Virus record (IMG/VR): IMGVR_UViG_2684622769_000012
Origin: a virus
Taxonomy: Duplodnaviria > Heunggongvirae > Uroviricota > Caudoviricetes
Direction: 5' to 3' (one strand)
Length of the DNA: 43,830 nt
The notes beneath the pieces are model-generated. The model was not told the origin of the DNA and did not search any database. It saw nothing but the letters and a program-made list of their open reading frames with translations. Position 1 is the stretch's first letter, and each line of letters begins with the position of its first letter. Positions 1-11,623 of this stretch are shown here, piece after piece. Both the position numbers and the translations under genes were made by a program.

Positions 1-3000
1 ATACGCTATACCGTTAAAAATAATGGGCGGAATAATAATCTGGCGGTCAAAGTTATGATCATCGCTTATGGTGACTGTAACCGTCCCGTTTGGTGTTTCC
101 GTGTTACCCCACGTACCAGCCTGTTTCGGAAATGATTTGGATACAGCTTTAACGAAGTCACCTCTGACCTGAGTCGCCTCCAGCATGCCCTTAATCGTAC
201 AGTTTTCATTTACCGTGACATTGTTGAGCGTCCCGGCGTTCGCATTCACACTGCCACTGATATCCGCATTTTTAGCGGTCAGCTTTCCGTCCGGAGTCAG
301 GGAAAATGCCGATGGATTTCCACCGCTGGTAATGGTGGGGGCCGTCAGGCGTTTCAGGAACACGTCGTTCATGAATATCTGATCGCCCTGACCAACAAAC
401 ATCGGTTTTGTGTTGCCATTCGCAGGATTAACCATCGCAATCCTGTCCGCCGCCAGCAGCACCTGACTCTGCATGCCGTCAGGGGTGTTCTCAATACCGG
501 CACCAATACCCGCGATATAAAGGCGTCCGTCCTGCATCTGCTGCAGCTTCACAGCCCACATGCTGTTCAGGTTATTATTTGTATCAACCTGAACCTTCTG
601 TATCTGCTGAATTGCCGCACTCTGGTCTTCCAGTTTCTTATTGACGGTCTGCGTGATTTCATTGCTGACATCCGTAATGGACGTCCTGATTTCAGCCAGG
701 TCAGGCGCAAGCTGACCGTTATCAATCTGCGTCCACAGCTCCTGAGCCAGATGGGTTTTCCCTATCTCGCCTTTGAAAAAATCCAGATAACCGGATGCAT
801 CATCACTCGGCTGACCAACAGCCTCCACGAATGCCGATTTGCCAACGGTGTTCACACTGCGGATATAAAAGTAATAATCATGGCCCGGTTTGATATTGAT
901 ACTGGCGGCTATCCAGTACAGCGCCGTGCCAAGATAGCGTGCTGTGGTTTCAACCTGCCTGATATCCGCAATCCGCTTTTCCGAGAACCAGAACTCAAAC
1001 TGTACCGTCGGATCATAAACCGCAAGATGCGGCGTGGCGGTTATCTGAAAATAGCCCGGCGTCAGCTCAATCCGCGACAGCGCTGCCGGTGCGGCAATCC
1101 GGAACGATACCGACGCCGGATCGCCCTGCTGCCCCCACGCATTTACTGCCCGGACTGTCAGCCTGTAGTTCCCCAGCGCCAGTTGTGTGAAGCGGTAAGT
1201 GGTTTCCGTCGTCCGGGCCGTGCTGACCAGNNNNNNNNNNNNNNNNNNNNNNNNNNNNNNNNNNNNNNNNNNNNNNNNNNNNNNNNNNNNNNNNNNNNNN
1301 NNNNNNNNNNNNNNNNNNNNNNNNNNNNNNNNNNNNNNNNNNNNNNNNNNNNNNNNNNNNNNNNNNNNNNNNNNNNNNNNNNNNNNNNNNNNNNNNNNNN
1401 NNNNNNNNNNNNNNNNNNNNNNNNNNNNNNNNNNNNNNNNNNNNNNNNNNNNNNNNNNNNNNNNNNNNNNNNNNNNNNNNNNNNNNNNNNNNNNNNNNNN
1501 NNNNNNNNNNNNNNNNNNNNNNNNNNNNNNNNNNNNNNNNNNNNNNNNNNNNNNNNNNNNACCGTCAGGAACACGGCTCACTTTTACCTTCACGCCGTCG
1601 GTGACGGACTGGACCTCCACGCTGACCGGATTCCCCTGCCCGTCAACCAGGCTTATCAGCGTGGTGCCGGAGGATGGCAGCGTGATTTCACGGTCGAGCG
1701 TCAGCGTCCGGGTCTGGCTGTTCACCGCCAGCACGCGCCCGCCGGTGCGGATACCGGCATAGTCATCATCGCAGATTTCAATGACATCGCCCGGTACATG
1801 ACGAAGCCCTTCAGCACCCACGCTGAAATCCACGGTCTGCGTCTCCAGCAGTTCCGTTTTAATCAGCCACAGCCCGGCGCGGTGTGCCTGCCCCCGGCTG
1901 GTACAGCCAAAGGCATCCATCTTCGTGACGTTACGACCGTAACGGACAATGGCCTGCGTATCCTCCACAAGCTCTGTCGCCGTCTCCCAGCCGTTATCCG
2001 GGTCAATCCAGTTCACCTCAACGGCATTATGGCGGTCTTTCAGGGCGCTGAAACTGTAGCGGAACGGCGCGCCANNNNNNNNNNNNNNNNNNNNNNNNNN
2101 NNNNNNNNNNNNNNNNNNNNNNNNNNNNNNNNNNNNNNNNNNNNNNNNNNNNNNNNNNNNNNNNNNNNNNNNNNNNNNNNNNNNNNNNNNNNNNNNNNNN
2201 NNNNNNNNNNNNNNNNNNNNNNNNNNNNNNNNNNNNNNNNNNNNNNNNNNNNNNNNNNNNNNNNNNNNNNNNNNNNNNNNNNNNNNNNNNNNNNNNNNNN
2301 NNNNNNNNNNNNNNNNNNNNNNNNNNNNNNNNNNNNNNNNNNNNNNNNNNNNNNNNNNNNNNNNNNNNNNNNNNNNNNNNNNNNNNNNNNNNNNNNNNNN
2401 CCCCATGCCATAGCGCGGATGGGTCAGCATATCCCACAGACACCAGGCCATGTTGTTGCTGTATGCCGGTTTTAACGTTCCGTCCCAGATACCGCTGTAT
2501 TGCCGCGTCTGCGGATTATAGTTCGACGGCACCTGCAGAATGCGCCCGCGAAGATGATAATTACGGCTCACCTGCTGGCTGCCGAACTGCTCCGAATCCA
2601 CCTGTACGCCGACCAGTGCCGTGTTCGGGTAGCACTGTTTCACATCGATGATTTCGGTGTATGACGACCAGAGCGTTTTGTTCTGCAGCTGGTCTGTGGT
2701 GCTGTCCGGTGTCATCCTGCGCATCCGGATACTGAACGGGCGCGGAGGCAGGTTATCCACCACCACCGAGACCAGATACTGCGAGGTGGTTTTGCCCTTA
2801 ATGGTGATGTCTTTTTCCGTCACCCAGCCACCGTTACGCTGTATCTGAACCAGCAGGCGGACTTCCGACGGATTCCTGTCTCCCTTTGAGGTGGTTTCCA
2901 CCAGTGCCTGTACACCGAAGGTAAAGCGCAGACGGTCGATGTTTGCCGACGTGATGGTCCGGGTGATCGGCGTGTCATATTTCACTTCCGTACCCAGCAC

Positions 3001-3264
3001 CGTCTCGGAGCCGGAGGATTCAAATCCCTCCGGCGGTGACTGCTCCTGCTCACCTGCCCGGAACACCACCGTGACGCCGGAGATGTTGGTATTCCCCTCA
3101 CTGTCCAGCACCGGCGTACTGTTCAGCAGCACGCTTTTTAATCCATCCACCGGACCTTCAACCGGCCCTTCGCTGATGGCATCGATCACACTCAGCAGCT
3201 GCGTGGACTTCAGGTTGTCCTTCGCTTCGCGCGGGGTATGCCCCTTACTGCTGCCTTTACCCAT
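1..3264 (-). CDS. Tail tip host-specificity protein J (central tail fibre); 3' end runs off the window; interrupted by two N-masked blocks
   Basis: Reverse complement of 3201..3264 translates [28 protein letters not shown], the lambda gpJ N-terminus. The frame stays open to position 1 ([20 protein letters not shown] at the edge). Start ATG at 3262..3264. Confidence 0.85.
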   Translation of the reverse strand, partial: MGKGSSKGHTPREAKDNLKSTQLLSVIDAISEGPVEGPVDGLKSVLLNSTPVLDSEGNTNISGVTVVFRAGEQEQSPPEGFESSGSETVLGTEVKYDTPITRTITSANIDRLRFTFGVQALVETTSKGDRNPSEVRLLVQIQRNGGWVTEKDITIKGKTTSQYLVSVVVDNLPPRPFSIRMRRMTPDSTTDQLQNKTLWSSYTEIIDVKQCYPNTALVGVQVDSEQFGSQQVSRNYHLRGRILQVPSNYNPQTRQYSGIWDGTLKPAYSNNMAWCLWDMLTHPRYGMGXXXXXXXXXXXXXXXXXXXXXXXXXXXXXXXXXXXXXXXXXXXXXXXXXXXXXXXXXXXXXXXXXXXXXXXXXXXXXXXXXXXXXXXXXXXXXXXXXXXXXXXXXXXXXGAPFRYSFSALKDRHNAVEVNWIDPDNGWETATELVEDTQAIVRYGRNVTKMDAFGCTSRGQAHRAGLWLIKTELLETQTVDFSVGAEGLRHVPGDVIEICDDDYAGIRTGGRVLAVNSQTRTLTLDREITLPSSGTTLISLVDGQGNPVSVEVQSVTDGVKVKVSRVPDGXXXXXXXXXXXXXXXXXXXXXXXXXXXXXXXXXXXXXXXXXXXXXXXXXXXXXXXXXXXXXXXXXXXXXXXXXXXXXXXXXXXXXXXXXXXXXXXXXXXXXXXXXXXXXXLVSTARTTETTYRFTQLALGNYRLTVRAVNAWGQQGDPASVSFRIAAPAALSRIELTPGYFQITATPHLAVYDPTVQFEFWFSEKRIADIRQVETTARYLGTALYWIAASINIKPGHDYYFYIRSVNTVGKSAFVEAVGQPSDDASGYLDFFKGEIGKTHLAQELWTQIDNGQLAPDLAEIRTSITDVSNEITQTVNKKLEDQSAAIQQIQKVQVDTNNNLNSMWAVKLQQMQDGRLYIAGIGAGIENTPDGMQSQVLLAADRIAMVNPANGNTKPMFVGQGDQIFMNDVFLKRLTAPTITSGGNPSAFSLTPDGKLTAKNADISGSVNANAGTLNNVTVNENCTIKGMLEATQVRGDFVKAVSKSFPKQAGTWGNTETPNGTVTVTISDDHNFDRQIIIPPIIFNGIAY
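1231..1560. other. Run of 330 N (masked or unassembled) inside gene J
   Basis: Literal n characters in the sequence. Confidence 1.
2075..2400. other. Run of 326 N (masked or unassembled) inside gene J
   Basis: Literal n characters in the sequence. Confidence 1.
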
Positions 3265-3324
3265 TCCTCACGCTCCATAAACGACAAAACCGCCCGCAGG
3301 CGGTTTCTCATAAAACATTTTGCA

Positions 3325-3972
3325 TCAGCGACCAATCACCACAACCTGACCACCATCCCCTTCGTCTGCCGTGCTGATCTCCTGAGAAACCACACGTGAC
3401 CCCACGCGCATTTCCCCGTACAGAACAGGCAGAACATTACCCTGGGCAACCATGTTATCCAGTGACGAGAAATACGTGTTCTGTTTGCCGTTATCTGTAC
3501 TGGCTGCCGTGGGCGTCCTGGCTTTCGGTGCCAGCATCTGCGCCACACCACCCAGGATCATACTGGCCCCTGCTGCATACATACCCGATACAGCCGCGGC
3601 CCCCAGCCAGCCCACAGGGTTCCACCATGCCACCGCAATCAGCGCCGCACCCAGCACCGCCTGAAACACACCGCCACTTTTGGCACCCGCCAGACGCGGA
3701 ACGATGTGGATCACGGCACCATTTGCCAGCGGTTCATTAAGACGGGCAGATAATTCATTTTCGCCTGCATCACGCCCGGCAATGCGCACCTGATACCAGC
3801 CGTCGCTCAGTTTCTGACGAAATGCCGGGAGCTGTGTGGCCAGTGCCCGGATGGCTTCGGCCCCCGTTTTCACACGAAGGTCGATGCGGCGGCCAAATCG
3901 CTGCAAATCCCCGTAAAGGCAGATGCGTGCCATGCCCGGTGACGCCAGAGGGAGTGTGTGCGTCGCTGCCAT
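3325..3972 (-). CDS. Tail assembly protein I (lambda gpI-like)
   Basis: 215-aa ORF MAATHTLPLASPGMARICLYGDLQRFGRR...; position between K and J; overlaps the 3' end of K as in lambda. Confidence 0.8.
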   Translation of the reverse strand: MAATHTLPLASPGMARICLYGDLQRFGRRIDLRVKTGAEAIRALATQLPAFRQKLSDGWYQVRIAGRDAGENELSARLNEPLANGAVIHIVPRLAGAKSGGVFQAVLGAALIAVAWWNPVGWLGAAAVSGMYAAGASMILGGVAQMLAPKARTPTAASTDNGKQNTYFSSLDNMVAQGNVLPVLYGEMRVGSRVVSQEISTADEGDGGQVVVIGR

Positions 3973-4613
3973 TTGTCGGTATACCTCTCTCGTTTGCTCA
4001 GTTGTTCAGGAATATGGTGCAGCAGCTCGCCGTCACCACAGTAAATGGCGGCATGATTCGGCACCGATGAACCAAAACAGCACAGCAGCACATCGCCCGG
4101 CTGCGCCGTTGACAACGGCACCTGATACAGCCCTGTAGCCTCCAGATTATCCAGATAGAGATTCTGACCATTACGCCACCAGTCGTCCTCACGATGAAAA
4201 TCTGGCATCTCAATTCCCGCCAGATGGTAAGCGTCCCGGAACAGCGTGTAACAGTCCGTCACCCCGTGCTCAAAGCGCCGCCCGGTAAGATGTGGCACAC
4301 AGCGGAACTTGTGAATCGCCCCCCGGCAGACCAGCCACCACGGCAAATCACTCTGCACCTGCAGCCGCCGGTCGGCCTCACTCAGCCAGGGCAGACCACC
4401 GGGGTGGCTGTGGACCAGCGCCACAATCTCACCCTGCATCTCTGCCTGCAGCCAGTCCTCCGGAGCCATCCGGAAATACTCCTCCGGCTCACCGGAAATA
4501 TTCACGCAGGGAAAATATCTTTCCCCCTCCGGTGTTCTCACCACGAAGCCGCACGACTCCGCTGGCGCACATCGCCGGGCGTGCGCCAGAATCGCTGATT
4601 CTGTCTGTGTCAT
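3870..4613 (-). CDS. Tail assembly protein K (lambda gpK-like, JAB/MPN plus NlpC/P60-type domains)
   Basis: 247-aa ORF MTQTESAILAHARRCAPAESCGF... with HSHP motif and Cys-containing C-terminal half; between L and I. Confidence 0.8.
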   Translation of the reverse strand: MTQTESAILAHARRCAPAESCGFVVRTPEGERYFPCVNISGEPEEYFRMAPEDWLQAEMQGEIVALVHSHPGGLPWLSEADRRLQVQSDLPWWLVCRGAIHKFRCVPHLTGRRFEHGVTDCYTLFRDAYHLAGIEMPDFHREDDWWRNGQNLYLDNLEATGLYQVPLSTAQPGDVLLCCFGSSVPNHAAIYCGDGELLHHIPEQLSKRERYTDKWQRRTHSLWRHRAWHASAFTGICSDLAAASTFV

Positions 4614-4618
4614 GGGAT

Positions 4619-5317
4619 TTACTGCGAAAGTTTGTTAATGGAAAGGAAGCCGCCAAAGTTGCCGACGTTATTGCGGAACTTACAACCGCTCAGGCATTTG
4701 CTGCATTTATCCTTCGTGATATCGGACGTTGGCTGGTCATATTCATCCGCGACAGCCGGACCGTGATAACCGCACTCATCACCGCGATAGGTCCAGGTGC
4801 AGGTATTAGCAAGCATGATGCGCCCCGGAAAAACAGCGCCGTCCGTTTCCGTCGGCGTGGACAGTACAAAGGAGGCACTGACCGCGCTCAGTTCGCTGCA
4901 CTGCTCAATACGCCAGCGGCTGATCACCTCCTGCTCCGGATCGGCGTCACTGTTTCCGTTGACGAAGTTCACCGCATCCAGAAAACGGGCGTAAACCTTA
5001 CGCCTGACCACCGTTCCGCCGACCAGACTCTGCAGGTCTTCCGCCATCCCGGTGACCATGCCGTGCAGATTAGAGACTTTCAGCGTTGGCCTTGCACTGG
5101 CACCTTTGCCGTTCATCTCAAATCCACTCCCCTGAATGGGATAGGCCTGATACTGCCGACTCTGCCAGGTGACAGACTCTCCTTTCTCGTTCTGCTCATT
5201 GCAGAAAAAGTAGCGATCCCCGCCTACCTCGGTCAGGTCGATTTCCCAGAGCACCACGCTGGCCGACTGCTCCGCACGAATGCATTCATTCAGCGTTTCC
5301 TGTTGTATGTCCTGCAT
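4619..5317 (-). CDS. Minor tail protein L (lambda gpL-like)
   Basis: 232-aa [36 protein letters not shown]..., with C-terminal Cys cluster; between M and K. Confidence 0.85.
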   Translation of the reverse strand: MQDIQQETLNECIRAEQSASVVLWEIDLTEVGGDRYFFCNEQNEKGESVTWQSRQYQAYPIQGSGFEMNGKGASARPTLKVSNLHGMVTGMAEDLQSLVGGTVVRRKVYARFLDAVNFVNGNSDADPEQEVISRWRIEQCSELSAVSASFVLSTPTETDGAVFPGRIMLANTCTWTYRGDECGYHGPAVADEYDQPTSDITKDKCSKCLSGCKFRNNVGNFGGFLSINKLSQ

Positions 5318-5655
5318 CAGATCACCACTTCGTCAAACTGACACGAAAAATCGGTATAGGTGATATGTTCTGTCGCTGACCACGTTCGACACACCACTCT
5401 GATTTTTCTGTTAATACCCGGCGGGCGCCAAAAAAAAGATTTATAGCCTTCATGCCGGGCTAAAAATTTTTCAAATGAATCACGTTCATTCGCCTCAACT
5501 TTGAAATCACAGGTGAAAACGCGCAGAGAATGATTAAGTCCATTTGGACTTCGTTGCTCATAACCATCACCAAATCTTACAGTTTTTATCGATGGTTTAT
5601 TTTCTGTTTTCATTCCATCCTCTGGTAACCAGTGAAATTCTTCCGTATTAGCCAC
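5317..5655 (-). CDS. Minor tail protein M (lambda gpM-like)
   Basis: 112-aa [24 protein letters not shown]...; start overlaps the end of the tape measure gene. Confidence 0.8.
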   Translation of the reverse strand: MANTEEFHWLPEDGMKTENKPSIKTVRFGDGYEQRSPNGLNHSLRVFTCDFKVEANERDSFEKFLARHEGYKSFFWRPPGINRKIRVVCRTWSATEHITYTDFSCQFDEVVI

Positions 5656-8600
5656 TTAACATTCCCCCATCACGTCGCATATTTAACAGATTGCCCTGCA
5701 CCCGCTGATCAACCATCCCCATAAGTGCTTTTATTGCCTGAGGGCCAATCTCTCCATTCTGGCCGTCATTTTGAATAGTGATTTGGTATACAGGGGCATA
5801 GGTAATATCTCCGCCTCCATTACCACTTTTACTATTAATAGCTCTGACACCAAGAGAACCATCGGAAGTTCGTGTTAATGGCATAATGGCTTCCGGTCCA
5901 GCCTCACCAAAAACACCAGCCCCTTTTGCAAAAGCAAAAAATTGCGGGGAATCATAAATACCGTTCGAATACGTGCTCAATGACGGAGACTCATAAACAC
6001 CGCCCTTTGCATTCGGAATAAATTTACTAATAGCACTCCCGATAGTTCCTAAAATCCCCCCAGAAGAACTGTTACTAATGCTGTCGAAAATCCCAGTAAT
6101 TGAAGCCTTTAATGCTATTCGACTAAGATCCGAAATCACGGAAGTAGCGAAAGAACGAAAATTTGCCTTGCCTGTCGTGACAAAATCACCCAGCGCATCG
6201 GTCATCCCATCAAACATCTGAGTCGTGGTTGATTTTATCTGCTCACTGATATCCTTAGTGTCATCCAGCCAGTTATTGAATCCCTGGGAGGCACCACTAA
6301 CCCAGTCTCCTGCCTGAATATCGAGCTGCTCGTTTTTCTGTCTGACAATTTCTTTTTCCCGTTCCAGAGCATCATTCAGAGCCTGCATTTTCTCTTGAAA
6401 AACATGATCTGACATTCCACGGGATTTATCTGCATAGTCACGTTCAAGTTGCAGACGCTGATTGTTATATCCATGTTCAATCCGCAGTAATTCCTGCTGG
6501 CGTTGCTGATTTTTATCGCCAACCCCATAACCAGCAATCTGAATATCATACCCCTGCTGACGATTATCAATCGAAGCCTGCAATGAATCACGCCATGCTG
6601 TTATTTCGGCGGATTCCTTGATTAGCCTGTTATTTTTTTCAATCGCAACATTTTTCTCCATCAACGTGGTTATTTCTTCCCGGTGTAAGAGAAGCGATTT
6701 CTGATCCTGGGTTAATTTCGATGATGGTCGTGACTCTAGGTCGGCAATCCGCTGACGCCACTTAACCAGTTCCTGTTCAGAGGAACTTAATTTAACGGTC
6801 AACTCAGCTTGTGAACTTAGTAACGCATTCTGTTGATTCAGATGATCAATCATTCGTTGGGCTGCATCATCAGAATAACCTTTCGCCTTTGGTTGCTTTG
6901 GATCTTTATAACGCTCATTTATTTGAGCGATAAGATTATTATATTCTTCCTTTGAATACTGATTCTTTAGCTTTTCCAGTTTTGCAAGTTCACTAGCTCT
7001 CTGCTGCTCCCGGGTCTGATATTGTTTTGAAAAGGCATCTGCTCTCTGTCTGAGTTCAATTCCTTCCTGTTGTCGCTTGTTGTAATCGTTTATTGATGAA
7101 TTTAGTACGTCCTGAGCAATTTTTTCTGCTTGAAGTACGCCCAATTGCTGCTTTAATCGTGCCAGCCTTTTATTTTGAGCTCCGCCATCTCCAATGCCAC
7201 CTAACCCGAAAACTCCGGGTCGGGTATTTTTTTCTATTTCATCAATTTGACGGAGAACATCTGAGATTTTTTGATCAAGGGAGGCCTCACGGCCAATATC
7301 CAGCATGGAATCCCATGCCCATTTTGCGGAGTCTGCGACAGCTTTCCATGCAGTCTCAAGATAACCAAGATTTTCTTTAATCTGGTTGGTGCGCTGGATC
7401 ATTGAGGATGAGTATTCTTCTGTCGCAATGCGGGCGGCCTCCTGCTGGTTCCCTTCATCCTGTAGCGCCTTAATCTGGTTATAAGTCGCAAGTGTCAGAA
7501 AATGGTACTGATCATTAAGTTTTGATATGGCACTGACAGGATCCTTTGCAATTTCATTGAAGTCATTAACCAGTTGTTCGGTTGATATTCCTGTTACTTC
7601 GCTCGTTTTTACTATCGCTGTCGTCACTTGCTCCAGCGAACTGCTCGCTACCTTTCCCGAACGCACAAGCTGATTTAATACTGCCGCCGCAGCACCAGTT
7701 GTCGAATCAGCCGCATTCCCGGCACGTTGAGCTATATCGCCCAATTGCCCGCTGGTTGTCCCCAACTGATTTCCGGTAAGAATAAGAGATTTATTAAATT
7801 CGTCCTGCTCCTGAGAGCCTTTATAGTAAGCCAGTCCTAAGACCCCAACGGCTGCTGCGGCCAGGGTAAAAGGATTAATTAATCCCAGCACATAAGAACC
7901 TACACCTTTGATCGCCGGGCCAATCCCACCGAACATATCTTTTAGCTGGCCGCCCTGCTGCATTAACACCATAAATGGCGACTGACCAGTGGACAACCCA
8001 ACAACAATATCCGTCATTTGTACAGGCAACATGCGCATAGCAAAAGCCGTTTGTTTTGCCGACATTCCGGTTTTGCTTAATTGTGATTGAGTAACCTCAA
8101 GCTCACTCCGCATAGCACGAAGTTTTCCAGAAAGCTCCTCATACATTTCAGGAGAAAGCATCCCCTTAGCTTTTGCTTCATTGAGCTGTTTCTGTTGTTC
8201 TACCAGACGATTAAAAGCAGTTCCGACAGGATCAAGTTGAGCAATCAGACGTTGCAAAGCAACAACCTGTTCATCATGCGCTTTTGCTGCTTCTCGCTCT
8301 GCCTGAGCCTCTCCGGTAAGCTCTCGCCGTGTTTCCTGTATTTTTCGGCTATAATTCTCAAACTGAGAACCATTTATTTTCCCGGATGCAAACGCAGCAT
8401 TAAGTTCATCATGCTGTTGTTCAAGATTTCTTAGCGCCGCAGCCAGAGGGTCGATCTTGTCCAGCATTCTTTGAAAGGCCTGAGCCTGCGCTTCCTGCTG
8501 GGCGGCAGCAAGTTTTCCGGCCTTCTCGGCTTCTCTCTGCGCTTGCGCAACCCCGCTCAATTCCTCTGTGGTTTCATTAAGTTTACGGACAAGAAATTCA

Positions 8601-8881
8601 TATTCTTCTTTATCAATAAGCCCTTTATCGAAAAATTTCTTTAATTCAGAATAGCGTCGACCGACAGTATCAATTGCGGCACCAACTGGATCAATAGCTG
8701 CTTTTAATTTTGCGAGCGCGTTCTTCTCATCTTCTGTTGCCTTAGTCACTTTCCCTGCGCTATTTGCAGCAGTTTCCCCAGCCTGCGTCATTTTGACTAA
8801 TGAGGAGGTCAGATTGTCAGCATTATTTTTCGCTCCAGTGCTATCAATAATTATTGCGAGACGCGAGGTTTGCTCTGCCAT
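5648..8881 (-). CDS. Tail tape measure protein
   Basis: 1077-aa ORF with long coiled-coil-like Ala/Gln/Glu/Lys-rich N-terminal half and Gly-rich internal segment; lies between chaperone G/GT and gpM. RBS AGGAGT upstream of ATG at 8881. Confidence 0.85.
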   Translation of the reverse strand: MAEQTSRLAIIIDSTGAKNNADNLTSSLVKMTQAGETAANSAGKVTKATEDEKNALAKLKAAIDPVGAAIDTVGRRYSELKKFFDKGLIDKEEYEFLVRKLNETTEELSGVAQAQREAEKAGKLAAAQQEAQAQAFQRMLDKIDPLAAALRNLEQQHDELNAAFASGKINGSQFENYSRKIQETRRELTGEAQAEREAAKAHDEQVVALQRLIAQLDPVGTAFNRLVEQQKQLNEAKAKGMLSPEMYEELSGKLRAMRSELEVTQSQLSKTGMSAKQTAFAMRMLPVQMTDIVVGLSTGQSPFMVLMQQGGQLKDMFGGIGPAIKGVGSYVLGLINPFTLAAAAVGVLGLAYYKGSQEQDEFNKSLILTGNQLGTTSGQLGDIAQRAGNAADSTTGAAAAVLNQLVRSGKVASSSLEQVTTAIVKTSEVTGISTEQLVNDFNEIAKDPVSAISKLNDQYHFLTLATYNQIKALQDEGNQQEAARIATEEYSSSMIQRTNQIKENLGYLETAWKAVADSAKWAWDSMLDIGREASLDQKISDVLRQIDEIEKNTRPGVFGLGGIGDGGAQNKRLARLKQQLGVLQAEKIAQDVLNSSINDYNKRQQEGIELRQRADAFSKQYQTREQQRASELAKLEKLKNQYSKEEYNNLIAQINERYKDPKQPKAKGYSDDAAQRMIDHLNQQNALLSSQAELTVKLSSSEQELVKWRQRIADLESRPSSKLTQDQKSLLLHREEITTLMEKNVAIEKNNRLIKESAEITAWRDSLQASIDNRQQGYDIQIAGYGVGDKNQQRQQELLRIEHGYNNQRLQLERDYADKSRGMSDHVFQEKMQALNDALEREKEIVRQKNEQLDIQAGDWVSGASQGFNNWLDDTKDISEQIKSTTTQMFDGMTDALGDFVTTGKANFRSFATSVISDLSRIALKASITGIFDSISNSSSGGILGTIGSAISKFIPNAKGGVYESPSLSTYSNGIYDSPQFFAFAKGAGVFGEAGPEAIMPLTRTSDGSLGVRAINSKSGNGGGDITYAPVYQITIQNDGQNGEIGPQAIKALMGMVDQRVQGNLLNMRRDGGMLSG

Positions 8882-8900
8882 TTATTAAAACTCCTGACAA

Positions 8901-8926
8901 CAAAAAACCCACCGCGAAGTGGGTTT
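8901..8926 (-). terminator. Hairpin with T-run (minus-strand sense) between GT and the tape measure gene; possible partial terminator or attenuator
   Basis: Plus strand aaacccac-cgcgaa-gtgggttt (8905..8926, 8-bp stem) preceded by caaaaaa; on the minus strand the stem is followed by TTTTTTG. Confidence 0.4.
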
Positions 8927-9046
8927 CAGGCGACATAATAGTAGATATAGCGATTACGAGGCCACGCAATGCTTTTCTCCAGGAGCATCATCGATTTAAT
9001 TAAAGACACCATCACATCTCTGTAACAGAGTGTACGTAATTAACAA

Positions 9047-9816
9047 CTACACACACTGCTCCTGAAAATACTGGTCATCCAGTGCAAAGATCACTGCTTC
9101 AAATTCATCGCGCTCAATCAATACCGGATGAGTGGCTAAATATTCATTTATCTCTGTCAGAGATAAAGGCAAAGGCACCCCAGCCATTCCAGCATAACGT
9201 CGGGCACGGGATATTACCGAATAGGCGTACAACAACTCCTTAAGCACCGGGTCTATTTCTGGTTCCGGTATCGGTGGCAACCTGAGTTTTTCTCGCTTCC
9301 ATCTTGCCTTTTCCCCCCTTTCTCCCCCGAACTCCGATAACCACCGCTGGGCAGCTATGGCTTTTTTATCGTATCCTGCTTCTGCTGCTCTTTACCCTGG
9401 GCGATGCTGGCTGCTTCTGCAAGGATCTGCCAGTACAACTCTGGATTCTGCTTAAGCAGCGCGATCCCTCGTTCTGCCGTATATTCCAGTGCAACCTCAA
9501 CACCATTAACCAGTTCACCAACCCCTTTCCAGTCTTTCAGCAGATAACGAGCGGCATTATCAATGAGTAAATCATCAACAGAATCCACCTCGGAAACCTT
9601 TGAAATATCAAACTCCTTCGTTCCGACGTGCAAACTGGCATCCATTTTCTCAATGTGGCGACGGATTAATGCATTACGGGAGCGATACTGATCGTTATCG
9701 CTGCTTGCCACCAACAGTTTTAACCCGTCTACAGGTTTTAAGTCCTTCATTGGCGTAAACCAGCGTTCTCCACCAATGATAATTTTCTGATTAAGAATAA
9801 ACATCCATAACCTCAT
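9047..9816 (-). CDS. Tail assembly chaperone GT-like fusion, produced by -1 programmed frameshift near 9361..9367
   Basis: The -1 frame after A AAA AAG is open and continues (KKAIAAQRWLSEFGGERGEKARWKREKLRLPPIPEPEIDPVLKELLYA...) to the stop at 9047..9049; frame arithmetic fits a -1 shift. Confidence 0.6.
9355..9816 (-). CDS. Tail assembly chaperone G-like (zero-frame product)
   Basis: 153-aa ORF directly downstream of the major tail gene and upstream of the tape measure gene; ends ...QDTIKKP with a slippery heptamer at its 3' end. Confidence 0.7.
   Translation of the reverse strand: MRLWMFILNQKIIIGGERWFTPMKDLKPVDGLKLLVASSDNDQYRSRNALIRRHIEKMDASLHVGTKEFDISKVSEVDSVDDLLIDNAARYLLKDWKGVGELVNGVEVALEYTAERGIALLKQNPELYWQILAEAASIAQGKEQQKQDTIKKP
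9361..9367 (-). promoter_or_regulatory. Slippery heptamer A AAA AAG (programmed -1 ribosomal frameshift site of G/GT)
   Basis: Minus-strand ATA AAA AAG CCA TAG; heptamer begins at the third base of a zero-frame codon, 2 codons before the G stop. Confidence 0.6.
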
Positions 9817-9864
9817 TCAATGCGTCCCCCTGTAGGGCAGTACCACAGGAGGAATAACGGAAAA

Positions 9865-10827
9865 TCAACTAATCGCCTCAGCACTGGCTTTTGCGATCAC
9901 GGCAGCCGGGGAATTTTTTTTTCTGGTTATCGTAGGTGCTTCATCTGCTGCGGTAATGCTCAATTGAACCTGGATAATGTCGCTATTACCCCCATCAGGC
10001 CATTCACCTGACACCTGAACCTTCGGGAAACTGAAAGTGTATGCCCCCTCTCCATTCGAAAGCGTGAAGCTGAACGGAACTGTTTCTCCAGTCAGTGTTT
10101 TACTCCAGATTTCCCACGCGGCTTTAGACCATGAAAGCGTCACCGTACCGGACGGTGTAAAAGTAGTCGGAATATTTGCTCCTGCATAAGGCGAGCCAGT
10201 CCCGATACAACGCTGTGTCTGGAGTTTGTTATCGAACTGAATATCAAAACTGTCGATACAAAAACCGTTACCTCCGGCAACACCATTCAGGCTTACTGCT
10301 GAAACCTCCTTAAACGAATAACGTAGCTTTCCTGCACTATCCACAGGTTCGCCTTTGATAAAATTCGTATCATCGGCCTTTGATTCCCAGTCCAGTCCGG
10401 CAAAGGTTACGGTCGCTGTAATATCGCCGTCGTTAGGGATCTGCATTTTCCATGAGCCAACCTGCGCTCCTCTGACGACAGAGGCAATTCCGACATCGGA
10501 CGCATAGGTCGCCAGAGAAAATGTTATTCGCTCATTCCCCATTGTCAGAGAATCGCCTGACCATTCCGCGCCGAAACAGGATGCAAGAAAATCATCATGT
10601 TGACCCCAGCGAAATTTGGTACCAACATCACCGCCGACATCCACAGTGCCAGGCGTCGCCCCCTGAGCCATCCGGGAGCCACCAATCTCATTATTTTCGC
10701 CTTTATTCTGGGTGGGTTTTACTCCCCAGCTTGTGCGTTTTAATAAACTCCAGTCACCACTTGCTGGCGTAGTGCCTGCAACCGTCTCCCGGATAAATGC
10801 CGAGATAACCTTTGCACCTGAACTCAC
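9865..10827 (-). CDS. Major tail (tube) protein
   Basis: 320-aa ORF immediately upstream of chaperone G; Gly/Thr/Ser-rich beta-type composition; position in the tail module. Confidence 0.7.
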   Translation of the reverse strand: MSSGAKVISAFIRETVAGTTPASGDWSLLKRTSWGVKPTQNKGENNEIGGSRMAQGATPGTVDVGGDVGTKFRWGQHDDFLASCFGAEWSGDSLTMGNERITFSLATYASDVGIASVVRGAQVGSWKMQIPNDGDITATVTFAGLDWESKADDTNFIKGEPVDSAGKLRYSFKEVSAVSLNGVAGGNGFCIDSFDIQFDNKLQTQRCIGTGSPYAGANIPTTFTPSGTVTLSWSKAAWEIWSKTLTGETVPFSFTLSNGEGAYTFSFPKVQVSGEWPDGGNSDIIQVQLSITAADEAPTITRKKNSPAAVIAKASAEAIS

Positions 10828-10853
10828 AGGAGCCTCCTATGTCATTAATTGCG

Positions 10854-11246
10854 CTAGAGCGCGCGATATGGAATTTGAAGATTAAGCTGGAACCAGCCAT
10901 TCTTTTCGCCAACGGCTATTGAGGAAACAGCCTGGTAACTGAGACGATCGTCATCCTGAAACTCAAACAGTTCCCGCAATTTATCGGCTGTCTCAGTAAT
11001 GAGTTTTGAACCAGAACCTGCGGGGACAAATAACTGAATAATGATTATCCCCGTGCGATAAACAACCGGCCCCGCGCCAATTTCATTAACTCCAGCCTGC
11101 CCGGGAATATTACTTAACCGCGCCCAGATTAACTTACCGGAAGGATCGAACGTTGGCCCGTTCGGATACAATACGTCTTTTCCATCAATAATCGTCTGTG
11201 CCGTCATTCTGGAAATAACCGTATTTCTGATTTCAGTAAACTTCAT
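10854..11246 (-). CDS. Tail completion/terminator-type protein (head-tail joining module)
   Basis: 130-aa ORF between head-tail adaptor genes and the major tail gene; role assigned by position. Confidence 0.45.
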   Translation of the reverse strand: MKFTEIRNTVISRMTAQTIIDGKDVLYPNGPTFDPSGKLIWARLSNIPGQAGVNEIGAGPVVYRTGIIIIQLFVPAGSGSKLITETADKLRELFEFQDDDRLSYQAVSSIAVGEKNGWFQLNLQIPYRAL

Positions 11247-11623
11247 TTGTAAGCCTGTAAAACACCATGAAAAGCGTTGGCATACACGCCAGTTGGCGCT
11301 TGTTGTGAATGACCGTTTTCAAGAGCCTCTGCATAAGGAAGGTTATTCTGGATATAAATAACCCCGTAATTTGCAGCTTTCGAAATAACCCCGATCCCAC
11401 GCTGAACAGCAATCGTACCGTTCGGATCCACGTTATCAGATATACCAAAATCGGGATGCTGTAACGACACCAGGTTGTTATTTCTGAAACGTCCGGTATC
11501 AACCGGAGCAGCAATATCAATAGCAGTAAGAATCTGCATAGCGATGTAGCGAATCTTCAGCCCTACATCTTCCTCAATCATCCCGGCAAATATTGACGGT
11601 TCTATATCCCATGCCTTTGCCAT
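11243..11623 (-). CDS. Head-tail adaptor, HK97 gp10-like
   Basis: 126-aa ORF; 4-nt overlap with downstream gene; position and size. Confidence 0.45.
   Translation of the reverse strand: MAKAWDIEPSIFAGMIEEDVGLKIRYIAMQILTAIDIAAPVDTGRFRNNNLVSLQHPDFGISDNVDPNGTIAVQRGIGVISKAANYGVIYIQNNLPYAEALENGHSQQAPTGVYANAFHGVLQAYK

Noticed and set aside
751-2475. 574-aa plus-strand ORF containing long X runs
   Set aside because: It is antisense to gene J, whose minus-strand frame gives the lambda gpJ N-terminus, and it spans both N blocks, which cannot contain stops. Artefact.
4292-5341. 349-aa plus-strand ORF, Pro/Ala/Arg-rich
   Set aside because: Antisense to the tail K and L genes, with a low-complexity translation typical of GC-rich antisense frames.
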